DNA of 64,000 nt. Source: Candidatus Latescibacterota bacterium (lineage in GTDB: Bacteria > Latescibacterota > UBA2968 > GCA-2709665). The number at the start of each line of letters is the position of its first letter. Position 1 is the first letter of the stretch. Below, in pieces: positions 9,038 to 18,800 of this stretch. Below the pieces are notes generated by a model. That model was not told the origin of the DNA. It was given only the letters and a program-made list of their open reading frames with translations, and did not search any database. A program made the position numbers and the translations under genes. The stretch is taken from contig OZ242180.1 in assembly GCA_965205485.1 (NCBI GenBank), positions 3,008,001 to 3,072,000 on the forward strand, given 5' to 3'.

Positions 9038-10651
9038 ATGGTCGAAGGGAAAGAGGTTCTCACGTCTCACGGCGCCGTTGCCGCGGGGCCGGAAGAGGCG
9101 GCTCGCGTGGGCGCGCGCGTGCTGGATCGGGGCGGGAACGCGATGGACGCGGCCGCCGCAGCCAGCATGGCCTGCTGTATGCTGCAGCCGCAGTCAACCG
9201 GGGTGATGGGTTACGTGCTTTGCGCGCTGGTGTTGGACGGTCGGACCGGGAGCGTATGGTCTCTGGATGCCAACTCCATTGCACCCGCGTCGGCGAGTGA
9301 GAAGATGTACGACGTGATGCCGATGGGGGACGGTCCGAAGGGGATCAACGAAAACGAGTATCTCTGTTCCGTACGGGATAACGCCAACGTCCACGGACCC
9401 CGGGCCGTGGGTCCGCCAGGAATGATGGCGGGGATGGGGGTGTTGTGGGAGCGATGGGGCCGCTTGAAGTGGTCCGATATCGTAGCTCCTTCCCTGACGT
9501 TGCTGGAGAATGGATTCCCGTTCGGTTCCACGGCCGCAGCGATTCGAAACCTGGAGCCGGTAATCCGGCGGTTTCCTGCAACGGAGAAGCACCTCATGCC
9601 GCACGGGCGATTGCCCACGGCGGACGACGTCTGGCACCGCCGGGATATGGAGAAATCGTTGACGCGTGCGTGCGAGGCGGGGTGGCGCGATTTTTACGAT
9701 GGAGAAATCGGGCGGAGGATCGCGGACCATGTCAGTGATACGGGCGGTTCGCTTACCAGGGAGGATATGGCGGGATTCGAGCCGCGCGTCACCGCGCCTT
9801 ACGAGACGACGTACCGCGACGCGACCGTCTATGCAGCAATATTGCCGAACGGCGGTTTGACAGCCCTGCAGATCCTCAACATGCTGGAATGCTTCGAGCC
9901 CGTTGCCGAGGATACGCTGACGTACTGGCACCGGTTGGCCGAAATTCTGAAACTGGCGTGGCGCGACCGGCTGCTGTACCTGGGCGATCCGGATCACGTG
10001 GACGTACCCGTCCAGCGGCTGCTGAGCAAAGACTATGCGGCAGGGCGTGTGGAATCCGTGCGCCAGTTTCGCGATTACGTCGATCGGCGCTCCCCTTGGC
10101 CGGAAGGGGACTCACGGACCGGGACGCTCCATGTTTCCGCGGCGGACGCGGAGGACAACGTGGCGTCGGTGACGATTTCTCAGGGCGGTGCATTCGGATC
10201 CCTGGTAACCGTGCCCGGTACCGGTCTGATCCTGGGGCACGGGATGTGCCGCCTGGATCCGCGGCCCGGTCGCAGGAATTCGGTGGCGCCCCTGAAACGG
10301 CCCCTGAACAATACGGCGCCGCTGTTGATTCGCCTGCCGGACCGCGACGTCGCGGCGGGGTTGCCGGGGGGACGGCGGCTCGTGAGCGTGAATGCGCGAA
10401 TCGCACAGAAAATCGTGGATTTCGGCGCGTCTCCTTACGAGGCCGTATCGGGCCCCCGGATGCACGTCCAGATGGAGGAGCCCGTGATGGTAACGAGATC
10501 TCTTGACGAGGCCATTCAGGATGGATTGCTCGAGTTGGGACACGAACTGGAAGTGGTCGGGGGCGTCGCGGGCGGTGCGCATTGCGCGGAGTACCTGAAG
10601 TTGGAAGGAAAAGTGCGGGCGGGTGGAAACACGTGGGCGGCAGGCGTTTAG
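9038..10651 (+). CDS. ggt: Gamma-glutamyltransferase family protein (no signal peptide)
   Basis: GARVLDRGGNAMDAAAAA, FYDGEIG…GGSLTREDM, Ntn nucleophile region TLHVSAAD…GGAFGS, GLPGG oxyanion motif, PRMH. Confidence 0.88.
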   Translation: MVEGKEVLTSHGAVAAGPEEAARVGARVLDRGGNAMDAAAAASMACCMLQPQSTGVMGYVLCALVLDGRTGSVWSLDANSIAPASASEKMYDVMPMGDGPKGINENEYLCSVRDNANVHGPRAVGPPGMMAGMGVLWERWGRLKWSDIVAPSLTLLENGFPFGSTAAAIRNLEPVIRRFPATEKHLMPHGRLPTADDVWHRRDMEKSLTRACEAGWRDFYDGEIGRRIADHVSDTGGSLTREDMAGFEPRVTAPYETTYRDATVYAAILPNGGLTALQILNMLECFEPVAEDTLTYWHRLAEILKLAWRDRLLYLGDPDHVDVPVQRLLSKDYAAGRVESVRQFRDYVDRRSPWPEGDSRTGTLHVSAADAEDNVASVTISQGGAFGSLVTVPGTGLILGHGMCRLDPRPGRRNSVAPLKRPLNNTAPLLIRLPDRDVAAGLPGGRRLVSVNARIAQKIVDFGASPYEAVSGPRMHVQMEEPVMVTRSLDEAIQDGLLELGHELEVVGGVAGGAHCAEYLKLEGKVRAGGNTWAAGV

Positions 10652-10842
10652 TGAGGTTGTATAACAAATTGGCATTAATGTCAAAGTCGCAGTCTGTTTT
10701 CTGTATACACCCGTCTTGGTATATACGGTAGCAGGAAATATTGAATGTAGACGTGACTATGTTCAAGTTGTTATTTCTCAGGTAGATGTTTGTGTTCACA
10801 TTGCTGTGAAAAACGATGAAACCACAGAACGGGAGAAGGGCA

Positions 10843-11157
10843 ATGCCAGTATCACACCCGCGATACAGCAAAAAAGAGTTCGCCCGGCGAGGTGATGAAA
10901 TTTACGAGCGAGACATGCGCCTCCTCATTGAGCCAGAAAACGAAGGGAAGTTTGTAGTCATCGATATCGAAACTGGCGATTATGAAGTTGACGCGGATGA
11001 ACTTGGGGCGTCAGATCGTCTTCTGTCCCGCAGGCCTGATGCGCAAATGTGGATGATGCGAGTCGGTTCTCGCTATACCCGCCGCTTCGGACCGCGCTAT
11101 CGGTCGGTAAACAAGCACGTGACTAAGCCAGCGGTCCCATACTTAATAGATGCTTGA
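10843..11157 (+). CDS. Small hypothetical protein (DUF5678-like; family often found beside clan AA aspartic protease genes)
   Basis: PRYSKKEFARRGDEIYE…GKFVVIDIETGDYEVD…RVG pattern in a lower-GC patch. Family recalled from memory. Confidence 0.6.
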   Translation: MPVSHPRYSKKEFARRGDEIYERDMRLLIEPENEGKFVVIDIETGDYEVDADELGASDRLLSRRPDAQMWMMRVGSRYTRRFGPRYRSVNKHVTKPAVPYLIDA

Positions 11158-11389
11158 TTTCGATTCCGTCGTCCAGGTCCTCCCAATACACCGCAAAGCC
11201 TCCCGGCTCAATCGACCAGTTGTCCCGTTGCTCACGGGTTGCGTCTGCGAGCCAGTCCAGCCAGTCGAACTTATTGATTGATAGGCTGATTTCCCGTCCG
11301 TCGTCTAACGTCACATAGAGTGTGTCGTCGACGAAGCGAACGCCAATTGCCTTGACCTGGCTGGTGGACTCTTCAGGTAAAATAGTCAT
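11123..11389 (-). CDS. DUF2442-domain protein (putative TA component)
   Basis: VRFVDDTLYVTLDDGREI…LADATREQRDNWSI…VYWEDLDDGIEIKHLL. GGAGG RBS. Overlaps the DUF4160 gene. Confidence 0.85.
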   Translation of the reverse strand: MTILPEESTSQVKAIGVRFVDDTLYVTLDDGREISLSINKFDWLDWLADATREQRDNWSIEPGGFAVYWEDLDDGIEIKHLLSMGPLA

Positions 11390-11603
11390 TCCAGGCCTCC
11401 AGTAACCTGTCACGATTCCGATGGATTAGTTTGACAATGCGGTTCAGCTCCGCCGGGTTGAAACCGTGGCAGTATTCTACTTCTATCGGCCGAAGCCAGA
11501 TCTTTGCTTCATTGCCTGCCTTGATTGCATGGAAATGTGGAGGTTCATACCGGTCGGAGGAATAGAACCGGAGCTTGTACCCCTCAATTGATATTGTCGG
11601 CAT
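11373..11603 (-). CDS. DUF4160-domain protein (putative TA component)
   Basis: MPTISIEGYKLRFYSSDRYEPPHFHA…EAKIWL…LLEAWNDYF, directly upstream of the DUF2442 gene. Confidence 0.87.
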   Translation of the reverse strand: MPTISIEGYKLRFYSSDRYEPPHFHAIKAGNEAKIWLRPIEVEYCHGFNPAELNRIVKLIHRNRDRLLEAWNDYFT

Positions 11604-11813
11604 CCTGAAGATCGCTCCAGTTGCTTTCGAAAGTCAAATTAAACAATCATCACACGTAAATCAAATCTATAGCAAATACCGTTCCCGGGAAGACGGCTTC
11701 TTCAGCCAGAGATTCCAGTTCGATATCTTACCTTGATTCGCAACTATTCGGGGATCTGAATGTCGAACATATGCAGAAGATCAAAGGCGAATTGACGTCA
11801 AAGTTCCCGGATA

Positions 11814-11982
11814 CTAGTGTTCAGTCCCGAAAATAAGTTGCCTGAATTCGACCGCCGAGTCGCCTGACTCGCAAGGCGCCTGAGCGCAGGCGACCTGCGT
11901 ATGGTCGGCGAGCGAGGGGAACGTAGCGAGACGGGATGAATCGGCGGTCGAATGGTGAGGAATTTTTGGGACAGGACACTAG
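11814..11982. mobile_element. MITE family A, IS630-like ends
   Basis: TIRs CTAGTGTTCAGTCCCGAAAAT / ATTTTTGGGACAGGACACTAG. Internal 12-bp inverted repeat TTCGACCGCCGA / TCGGCGGTCGAA. No ORF. Confidence 0.7.
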
Positions 11983-12017
11983 AGGTCGCTGGACGTGAAC
12001 GGGACCTCTCCCCCCGG

Positions 12018-12042
12018 CCCCCTCTCCTGTGAGGAGAGGGGG
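12018..12042. repeat. REP-like hairpin CCCCCTCTCCT-gtg-AGGAGAGGGGG
   Basis: Perfect 11-bp stem preceded by CCTCTCCCCCCGG, resembling the widespread CCCTCTCCC…GGGAGAGGG extragenic palindromes. Confidence 0.65.
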
Positions 12043-12068
12043 AGCAAGAGCAGGGTTCGTTCTGACGC

Positions 12069-12142
12069 TTTCGCGCTGAAACCTTTGGTGCCTTTTGTGC
12101 TTTCTGTGGTCGTTTTGTCGGTTGTCGTTTTTCGAAATGAGG
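12069..12142. repeat. Dispersed repeat D, copy 1 (GTGCCTTTTGTGCTTT 9-nt periodic)
   Basis: Colinear and similar to 23790-23862, including TCGGTTGTC…TTTTTCGAA-TGAGG. Confidence 0.7.
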
Positions 12143-12331
12143 ATAACTACCGGGCTTGGTTGTTGGGGCCCGATTTTTGTATTTATCACGTTCGTTTTGT
12201 ATATTGCATTGTCCAGGTGTATACTGCAGGCTGGTCGCGTTAATCACAAATATCGACTGCATCGGTCCCGGGTCTACGGTCATTCCGGTGCCTCGCTGTC
12301 TCAGGTGTCGGACGACGCAGGGAAGGGTACA

Positions 12332-14299
12332 ATGGCGGAAGGTTCAACGGTCGCGGTATCGGCTGACATTGAGGGCGGACTCGACAGGCAAACGGTGACG
12401 CTGCGAAGCGTTCTCCTGGCAGGAGTATTGGCGGTCGGGGTGAACGTCGTTGTGAACTACGTGGAGTACGTCGTCCACGCGTCACGGATGACGTTGAGTC
12501 ACTTTCCGATGGGCACCCTGTTGCTCTACCTCCTGTTGGCGCTGGGACTGAACCCGCTGTGCCGGCTGCTCGCAAGTCGGTTTGCGCTATCCTCGACGGA
12601 ACTGCTGGTCGTGCTGGCGGGCGGTCTTGTCGGCGGGGCAATACCGTCGGTGGGGCTGACGGGCTATTTCCTGGGGGCTATCGCGGCGCCTTTCTACTTC
12701 GCGACGCCGGAGAACCAGTGGGGGGAGTTCTTCCATCCGAATATCCCGCATTGGCTGGCGCCGAGAAACACGAACGGCACGTTGAATCACCTGTTCGAAG
12801 GATTGCCGCCCGGCGATGCCATTCCCTGGAACGCCTGGTTCGTACCGGTGGTTTGCTGGATGGGTCTGATTACCGCCCTGTTTTTCGGTTCGGTCTGCCT
12901 CGCGGTGATTCTGCGCAAGCAGTGGATGGAAAGCGAACGCATCTCGTTTCCTATATTGCGCCCGGTTACCGACCTTACCGAACGGGCGGAGACGTGGGAA
13001 TTCCCGCGGCTCTTCTGGATCGGATTCGCAGTCGCGTTCGGCATTCTGGCCTGGAACATGATCAACTATTTCGTTCCCGGCTTTCCGCAAATCCCGAATA
13101 TCCGGTGGGGCCCCTGGATCAGGTTCGAACGATATTTCCCGGGGCTGTGGACGCGGATCAATATGTTTACGATTTCCTTCTGCTATTTCGCAAATATAGA
13201 CGTGTTATTCAGTCTCTGGTTCTTCGATCTTCTGTTCATCATTCGCAGCGGGATTCTGAACCGGCTGGGTATCAACGCCAGTTCGTGGTCCCACGCCTCC
13301 GCCGATTTCCAGTGGGTGCCTCTGGGCGCATTTTTTGCGATGGTGGGATGGGGGTTCTGGACGTCGCGGAACCACCTGAAACTGGTCTTCATGAAGGCGC
13401 TCCGGAGGGAAGCGCCCCTGGATGACAAAGATGAGATGATGTCGTTCCGGACGGCGGTATTCGGGTTGATTGTGTGCGTTTTATTCGCTGTTTTCTGGTG
13501 GTGGCAGGCCGGAATGAGTCTTGTCCTGGCGTGTGCGTTTGTTCTTGCCGCGTTCATCCTCTATCTGGGCGTTGCGCGCATCGTATCCGATGTGGGTTTG
13601 GTCTTCATCAGCATGCCCGTGGGGCCGCAGCGGTTCGTCACGTCGTTGTTCGGATCGGGGAATCTGTCGGGGTCCAGTCTGACGACGCTGGGATTCACGA
13701 ACGGCATCGCGTCCTACGGCAAGGGCCTGTTCATGCCTTCTGTCATTCACGGGGCCAAACTGGCAGACATATGTCCCCGGGACGGGCGGCGGCGCGTGCT
13801 GGCTGCTTTACTGCTGGCCTTCGGTTTGGGGTGTATTTTCTCGGTTGTGTTTACGTTGTATCTGGGATATACGTACGGGGCCTATAATTTCAACGATTGG
13901 CCGTTTACGAGGTATAGCAAGTCCGGCTTTGGACGTGTGATGACCCAGATGAACAACCCGGAGCCGCCCCACCGTTTGCAGTTGAGTCTGTTCGGAATTG
14001 GCGCCGCGGTAATGTCGCTGTTGACGTTTCTGAAGTACCGGTTTCCCTGGTGGCCCTTCCACCCGGTTGGATTCGCGCTTGCCGGTACAGGGACGTCCGT
14101 GCGATATACCGTGTTTTCGGTCTTTCTGGCCTGGGCGATCAAATTCCTGATTCTGCGGATTGGCGGGGCGGCGCTCTACCGGCGTTACGTGCCGTTTTTC
14201 CTGGGCGTGCTCGTGGGTTACTCCACGGGCGTGGGGCTTTCGCTCGTTGTGGATATGGTCTGGTTTCCGGGTGGCGGGCACTCGATCCACGGGTATTGA
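12332..14299 (+). CDS. Polytopic membrane protein, DUF6785/DUF6784-like putative transporter
   Basis: Many hydrophobic helices. ILRKQWMESERISFPI, RYRFPWWPFHPVGF-type and WAIKFLILRIGGAALYRR motifs. Confidence 0.7.
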   Translation: MAEGSTVAVSADIEGGLDRQTVTLRSVLLAGVLAVGVNVVVNYVEYVVHASRMTLSHFPMGTLLLYLLLALGLNPLCRLLASRFALSSTELLVVLAGGLVGGAIPSVGLTGYFLGAIAAPFYFATPENQWGEFFHPNIPHWLAPRNTNGTLNHLFEGLPPGDAIPWNAWFVPVVCWMGLITALFFGSVCLAVILRKQWMESERISFPILRPVTDLTERAETWEFPRLFWIGFAVAFGILAWNMINYFVPGFPQIPNIRWGPWIRFERYFPGLWTRINMFTISFCYFANIDVLFSLWFFDLLFIIRSGILNRLGINASSWSHASADFQWVPLGAFFAMVGWGFWTSRNHLKLVFMKALRREAPLDDKDEMMSFRTAVFGLIVCVLFAVFWWWQAGMSLVLACAFVLAAFILYLGVARIVSDVGLVFISMPVGPQRFVTSLFGSGNLSGSSLTTLGFTNGIASYGKGLFMPSVIHGAKLADICPRDGRRRVLAALLLAFGLGCIFSVVFTLYLGYTYGAYNFNDWPFTRYSKSGFGRVMTQMNNPEPPHRLQLSLFGIGAAVMSLLTFLKYRFPWWPFHPVGFALAGTGTSVRYTVFSVFLAWAIKFLILRIGGAALYRRYVPFFLGVLVGYSTGVGLSLVVDMVWFPGGGHSIHGY

Positions 14300-14379
14300 C
14301 CCACCGTGCGCGGGTACGACGTTGGACCCGATTTTCTTTCGTTGAATACATGGATGTGGATTTCTTCCGGAGGTAAGTC

Positions 14380-15606
14380 ATGGAAACGATGGTTGAGCGA
14401 TCAGTTGCCCGCTCGTGGGAACTGTACGACGCGGCACAGGAGGTTATCCCCCTGGGCACTCAGACCCATTCCAAGGCCCCGAGAGAGGCGCTTCGGGGGG
14501 TGGAGCCCTGCTACCTGGTTCGGGGCGATGGTTGCCGGGTGTGGGACGTTGATGGTAACGAATACATCGATTTCAGGAACGGGCTTGGACCCATCACCCT
14601 GGGGTACCGCTTTCCGGCGGTGGATAATGCCGTCAGAGAACAACTGGAGAGTGGTATCGTGTTCAGTTATCCGCACCCGCTGGAAGTCGAGGTCGCACAG
14701 CGGCTGGTCAAGGCGTTGCCCAGCGCGGAACGCGTCAGATTCCTGAAGACGGGCGGCGAAGCAATGGCGGCCGCGCACCGACTTTCAAGGGCGTTTACGG
14801 CGCGGGAACTCATCCTGACCTGCGGGTATCACGGCTGGGTCAATACGATGGCTCGAGGAGGGGTGCCGGAAGCGACGCGCAAGACTTACGTGGCGATGCC
14901 GTGGGGCGACATCGGGCCGTATGCTGAGGCGTTCGAGGCTTCAAGGGGTGAGATTGCCGGCGTCAGCGTGGCTTGCGCCTATGCGGAAGTCGAGCAGGGG
15001 CGCACTTTTCTGAGGGAACTGCGGACGTTGACGCGGCAGCACGGCGCTGTCCTCATTTTCGACGAGATCGTTACCGGGTTCCGGCTGCGGCGTGCAGGCG
15101 CGCAGGAATATTTCGGGGTGACTCCCGACCTGGCGGTGTATGCAAAAGGCCTGTCGAACGGGGTGCCCCTCTCATGTTTTGCTGGGAATTCGGCGGTGAT
15201 GGAGACGGTGGAAGACTGTGTCATATCGTCCACCTTCGGAGGGGATACGCTCGGACTGGCCGCGGCGCGGGCAGTGCTGGACGTGTACGAACGCGAAGAT
15301 GTGATCGGTACGCTGTGGAAGCGCGGCGAACAGCTTCACGAAGGCTTCAATGCGTACAGCGGGAGATTGGGCCTGCCGGCGCGTTTCACGGGAGCGGCGC
15401 CGGTTGGGCAACTGGTTATCGATCATCCCGACGCGGCCCGGCTGTTTCTCAGGTTCAACGAGGAAGTACTGAAGCGAGGGATCATTGTCTATTCGGTCTG
15501 TTACACCAATTACTCGCATACCGAGGCGGATATCGAGGAGGCCGTCGGCGCGATGGGCGAGGCGTTGGAAGTGATGGCAATAGAAGGGTTGTTCGATAGA
15601 GGGTAA
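14380..15606 (+). CDS. Class III PLP aminotransferase (glutamate-1-semialdehyde aminomutase-like)
   Basis: WDVDGNEYIDF, RFLKTGGEA, GYHGW, LIFDEIVTGFR, GVTPDLAVYAKGLSNG. Confidence 0.9.
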   Translation: METMVERSVARSWELYDAAQEVIPLGTQTHSKAPREALRGVEPCYLVRGDGCRVWDVDGNEYIDFRNGLGPITLGYRFPAVDNAVREQLESGIVFSYPHPLEVEVAQRLVKALPSAERVRFLKTGGEAMAAAHRLSRAFTARELILTCGYHGWVNTMARGGVPEATRKTYVAMPWGDIGPYAEAFEASRGEIAGVSVACAYAEVEQGRTFLRELRTLTRQHGAVLIFDEIVTGFRLRRAGAQEYFGVTPDLAVYAKGLSNGVPLSCFAGNSAVMETVEDCVISSTFGGDTLGLAAARAVLDVYEREDVIGTLWKRGEQLHEGFNAYSGRLGLPARFTGAAPVGQLVIDHPDAARLFLRFNEEVLKRGIIVYSVCYTNYSHTEADIEEAVGAMGEALEVMAIEGLFDRG

Positions 15607-15670
15607 CTTTCGTATCTTAAGGGCATTCCATATCGCAACGTTGCGTACTTCGTTTCGCGGACATTCGTAA

Positions 15671-15858
15671 GAAGCTGTTTTAAAATTCCCGGTGAGTTCC
15701 CGAGCGCGCGCGAAAATGTGTCGGTCAAGGCGGGCAAGTTCGCCCTTATTCAATGTATCGTGGCTGCGCGCCCCTCGCCACTCTTGGGTGGATTTGACCA
15801 ACGCAGACCGACGCTTTTGCAGCCGCGCGAAGACCGCTGGGGGTTTTAAGACAGCTTC
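15671..15858. mobile_element. MITE family B, IS5-family (IS1031-group-like) ends with TAA duplication
   Basis: TIRs GAAGCTGTTTTAAAATTCCC / GGGGGTTTTAAGACAGCTTC, flanked by TAA on both sides (15668-70 and 15859-61). Right end repeated at 58419-58463. Confidence 0.72.
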
Positions 15859-15876
15859 TAAGATTCGGAGGAGCGT

Positions 15877-18800
15877 TTGTTGAGGTTTCTTGCCATCACT
15901 GCGGCCTTTCTGGGTCTTTCAACCGGGGCCTCGGCCGTCCCGCCCGCCGTCAATTCGCCGGAAGGTGATCGGGTCGTCTGGCTCATACCTTCGGGCAAGC
16001 CAATGGTCCTGTTAACCCAGATCTGGATGGGACGTGCCGACGGGACGATGCCCATCAGGACGGGGATTTACCTGGGCCCTCCGGGAGACGTGGGTTTCCT
16101 GCCGGGAGGTGGGTTGGTATACCTGGAGCGGACGCTGGACCACGTCGCGTTCGGCACGACGCCGCTGGGCAGACTCACGTCCGATTCCCGCAGACAGCGT
16201 CGCCTACCCCTGGCGCGTAATCGAATCTGGCGAATTGACGCTTCCGGCGAGTCCCGCTGGCCGTTGCCCGGCGAAATGGACCCGATCGATCTGGCGGTTG
16301 CGCCGGACGGAAGTCGACTGGCCGTAACGGACCGCGAGGGGTTGTGGCTCGTCGATGCATTCGGGCGCGCTCGAATTCTCGTGCGCGGACACGTGCGCGG
16401 TCCCCTGGAGTGGTCTCAAGGCGCCGACGCCGTTGCGGCGGTTGTGGAAGGCGAATCGTCATATGTCGGAATGGACGGCGCTGAAGTGCCGGCGTGGAGC
16501 AGTTCAAGCAACCAGGGTGGGGCGAAGCCTCCGAAGCCGGCGCAGGAAAACGAGATTGACGCGGCCATGCTCATGGTTCACCAGGCGCTGAACTGGTGGG
16601 TCCGGGGTCATCACGCGATGCACCGGGGGGAGTATCGCAGCGCCAGGGATGCCTACCGCGAATCGGTCAGCGGATTCAAGGAAATCCGAAAGACGTATAC
16701 ACCCCTGGGTCTGTCGCGAGGAAGCTGTCAGGGCTACATCGATACAATTCGACGCCGTATCAAAAACGACGAGGCGCTGAAGGAAGCGGTATGCTCGGAA
16801 CGTCTGCTCGTTGTCGGCGACCTGATTGCAGAGTTTAACTCGGCTCGCGCCAATGAAACAAGGGCTGGCCTGGGCGGGCTCTTGTCATGGGCGTCCGCTG
16901 AACTGAAGGAGCGGCGGTTGGACGCGTCCTCGAGAGCACGGGATCTGGCGCAACTCAGGCATCTCTTCCAATGTCCGGCAACGGACGAACCCCACATGCC
17001 TGAAATCGGATACTTTTTCCGGCCCGCCGTTCACGCAGCCGGCCCCGTGTTGACCTGCTACTGGCACCGGGGGCGGGTGCAATATCTGCTGGGAAGCCCC
17101 GGCGGATTCGCCGTGGAGGCGCAGAATATACCGCGCGCCAGGGTCGATTCGCTCTTCGACCTGGGCGTGGCGCGGCTTAACAGGAATGAGGTGGACCAGG
17201 CGATCTTTCCGCTGCGCGTCGTTGCCCACCAGCGCCCCCGAAATAAAGATGCGCATCTGAAGCTGGGTTATGCGTTTCTGGAGGACAAATACTACAGGGG
17301 CGCGAAATGGGCATTCAGAAAGGCAGCGGCGCTGCCGGGCAACGACCCCGAACCCTACTACGGTCTGGGCCTCGTATTGATGGAACTGCACAACGAGCGC
17401 TACCAGGCCATAACCTATTTCAGAAAAGCCTTGATGCGCGATCGGGACTTCGTGGATGCCCAGTATAAGATCGCACTCGTGAGATATATGCTCAACGAGC
17501 ACGACGTGAAACCGGAGTTGGACCGGGTGCTGAAGACGGATCCGGAGTACGCCGACGCCTATCTGTTGATGGGAGATTGGTACGCCAATTTCATGGAGGA
17601 TTACGAAGAGGCGATTGTCTGGTACACCCGGTATCTCGCGATGCGGCCGGCCGACCAGAAAGTGGGGAGGCGGCTGGGACATGCGTATCTGAGAGTGAAA
17701 GACTACGACCGGATTCTGGAGAAAGTCCAGGCGTTTACAGACGAGTACCCCGATGCAATTGAACTGATGCCGATTGTGGCTCAGGCTTGCGCAAAGCGCA
17801 ACAAATACGATATGGCGATGGGGTTTTTCTCAACGTACATATCGCGGCTGAAGCAGGATCAGCGGGCGCTTTATGATGACATCGGACTGATCGCGTCACC
17901 CGAGGAGATTGCCGAGTATGAACAGACGTCGGGCGAGCTGAGGACGGCGTTTCTGGAGCGGTTCTGGAACGTGCGCGATCCGGATATCGGGACTTCCGTC
18001 AACGAAAGGTTGCTGGAACATTACAGAAGGGTCTGGTACGCCAGCCTGGAATTTTCCGACGGCAAGCAGCCCTGGGACCGTCGTGGCGAGGTGTACATTC
18101 GGTTCGGCGATCCGGACCACGTGACAAGTTCACGGAACGTGAATTTCCGGCACCCCCTTCCCGTGCTGCGCGTAAAAGAGCGGTTGGCCAGGCAGTTGTA
18201 TGGCGCCGAGGCCATTGGCGCGTCATTTATGGGTCCCGTCTTTCCCCTCCGCAATTTTGCTCTGGAGCGTGATATTCTTGGATTCGAAAGCGCCGCTGCT
18301 GATCTGGGCATTGAGGGCGAGCGCGACGCGTTTACCGGTGGCGACCCCGACGGGTCCGATTCGAATTTGAGGCAGATGACGACGTCGGAGGGTAGCCGGG
18401 ACGGGGGCTCGTCGTCCGACCGTAACGATACGGAACGTTCCAGCACCGCCGGAACGATCGGAGCGGCTGGAGATATCGGACAGAGTGAACTTGCAAGCAC
18501 GGTTACAGGGCCCCTCCCGTCCAGAATCAACACGGAAATTTTCGCGGGATCGGGTTTCAGTCCGGTTCTGAGCGCCGGCGCCGACCACGGGTCCACGCCG
18601 TGGGAGTCGTGGATCTATCTCAATATCGACGGCGGAATAGAGATCACGTTTACGGACGAGTTCAATTCACAGGTGTTTGACTTTGCACCGGTGCCTGATG
18701 CGCCTGACTTGGGTATCGAGCAGGTTACAAAGTTTCGTCGTTTTTCGCCCGCGATGGTGTTCAAGCAAGCGGTAGCCCTGACTCCCGATACCTTCACGCC

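Noticed and set aside
11798..12283. ORFs with PQKAQKA peptides here and at 23726-23959
   Set aside because: Translation of non-coding repeat D.
14380..15606. Calling either class III aminotransferase hemL
   Set aside because: Both are divergent GSA-like paralogs without hem gene context; orthology cannot be shown by eye.
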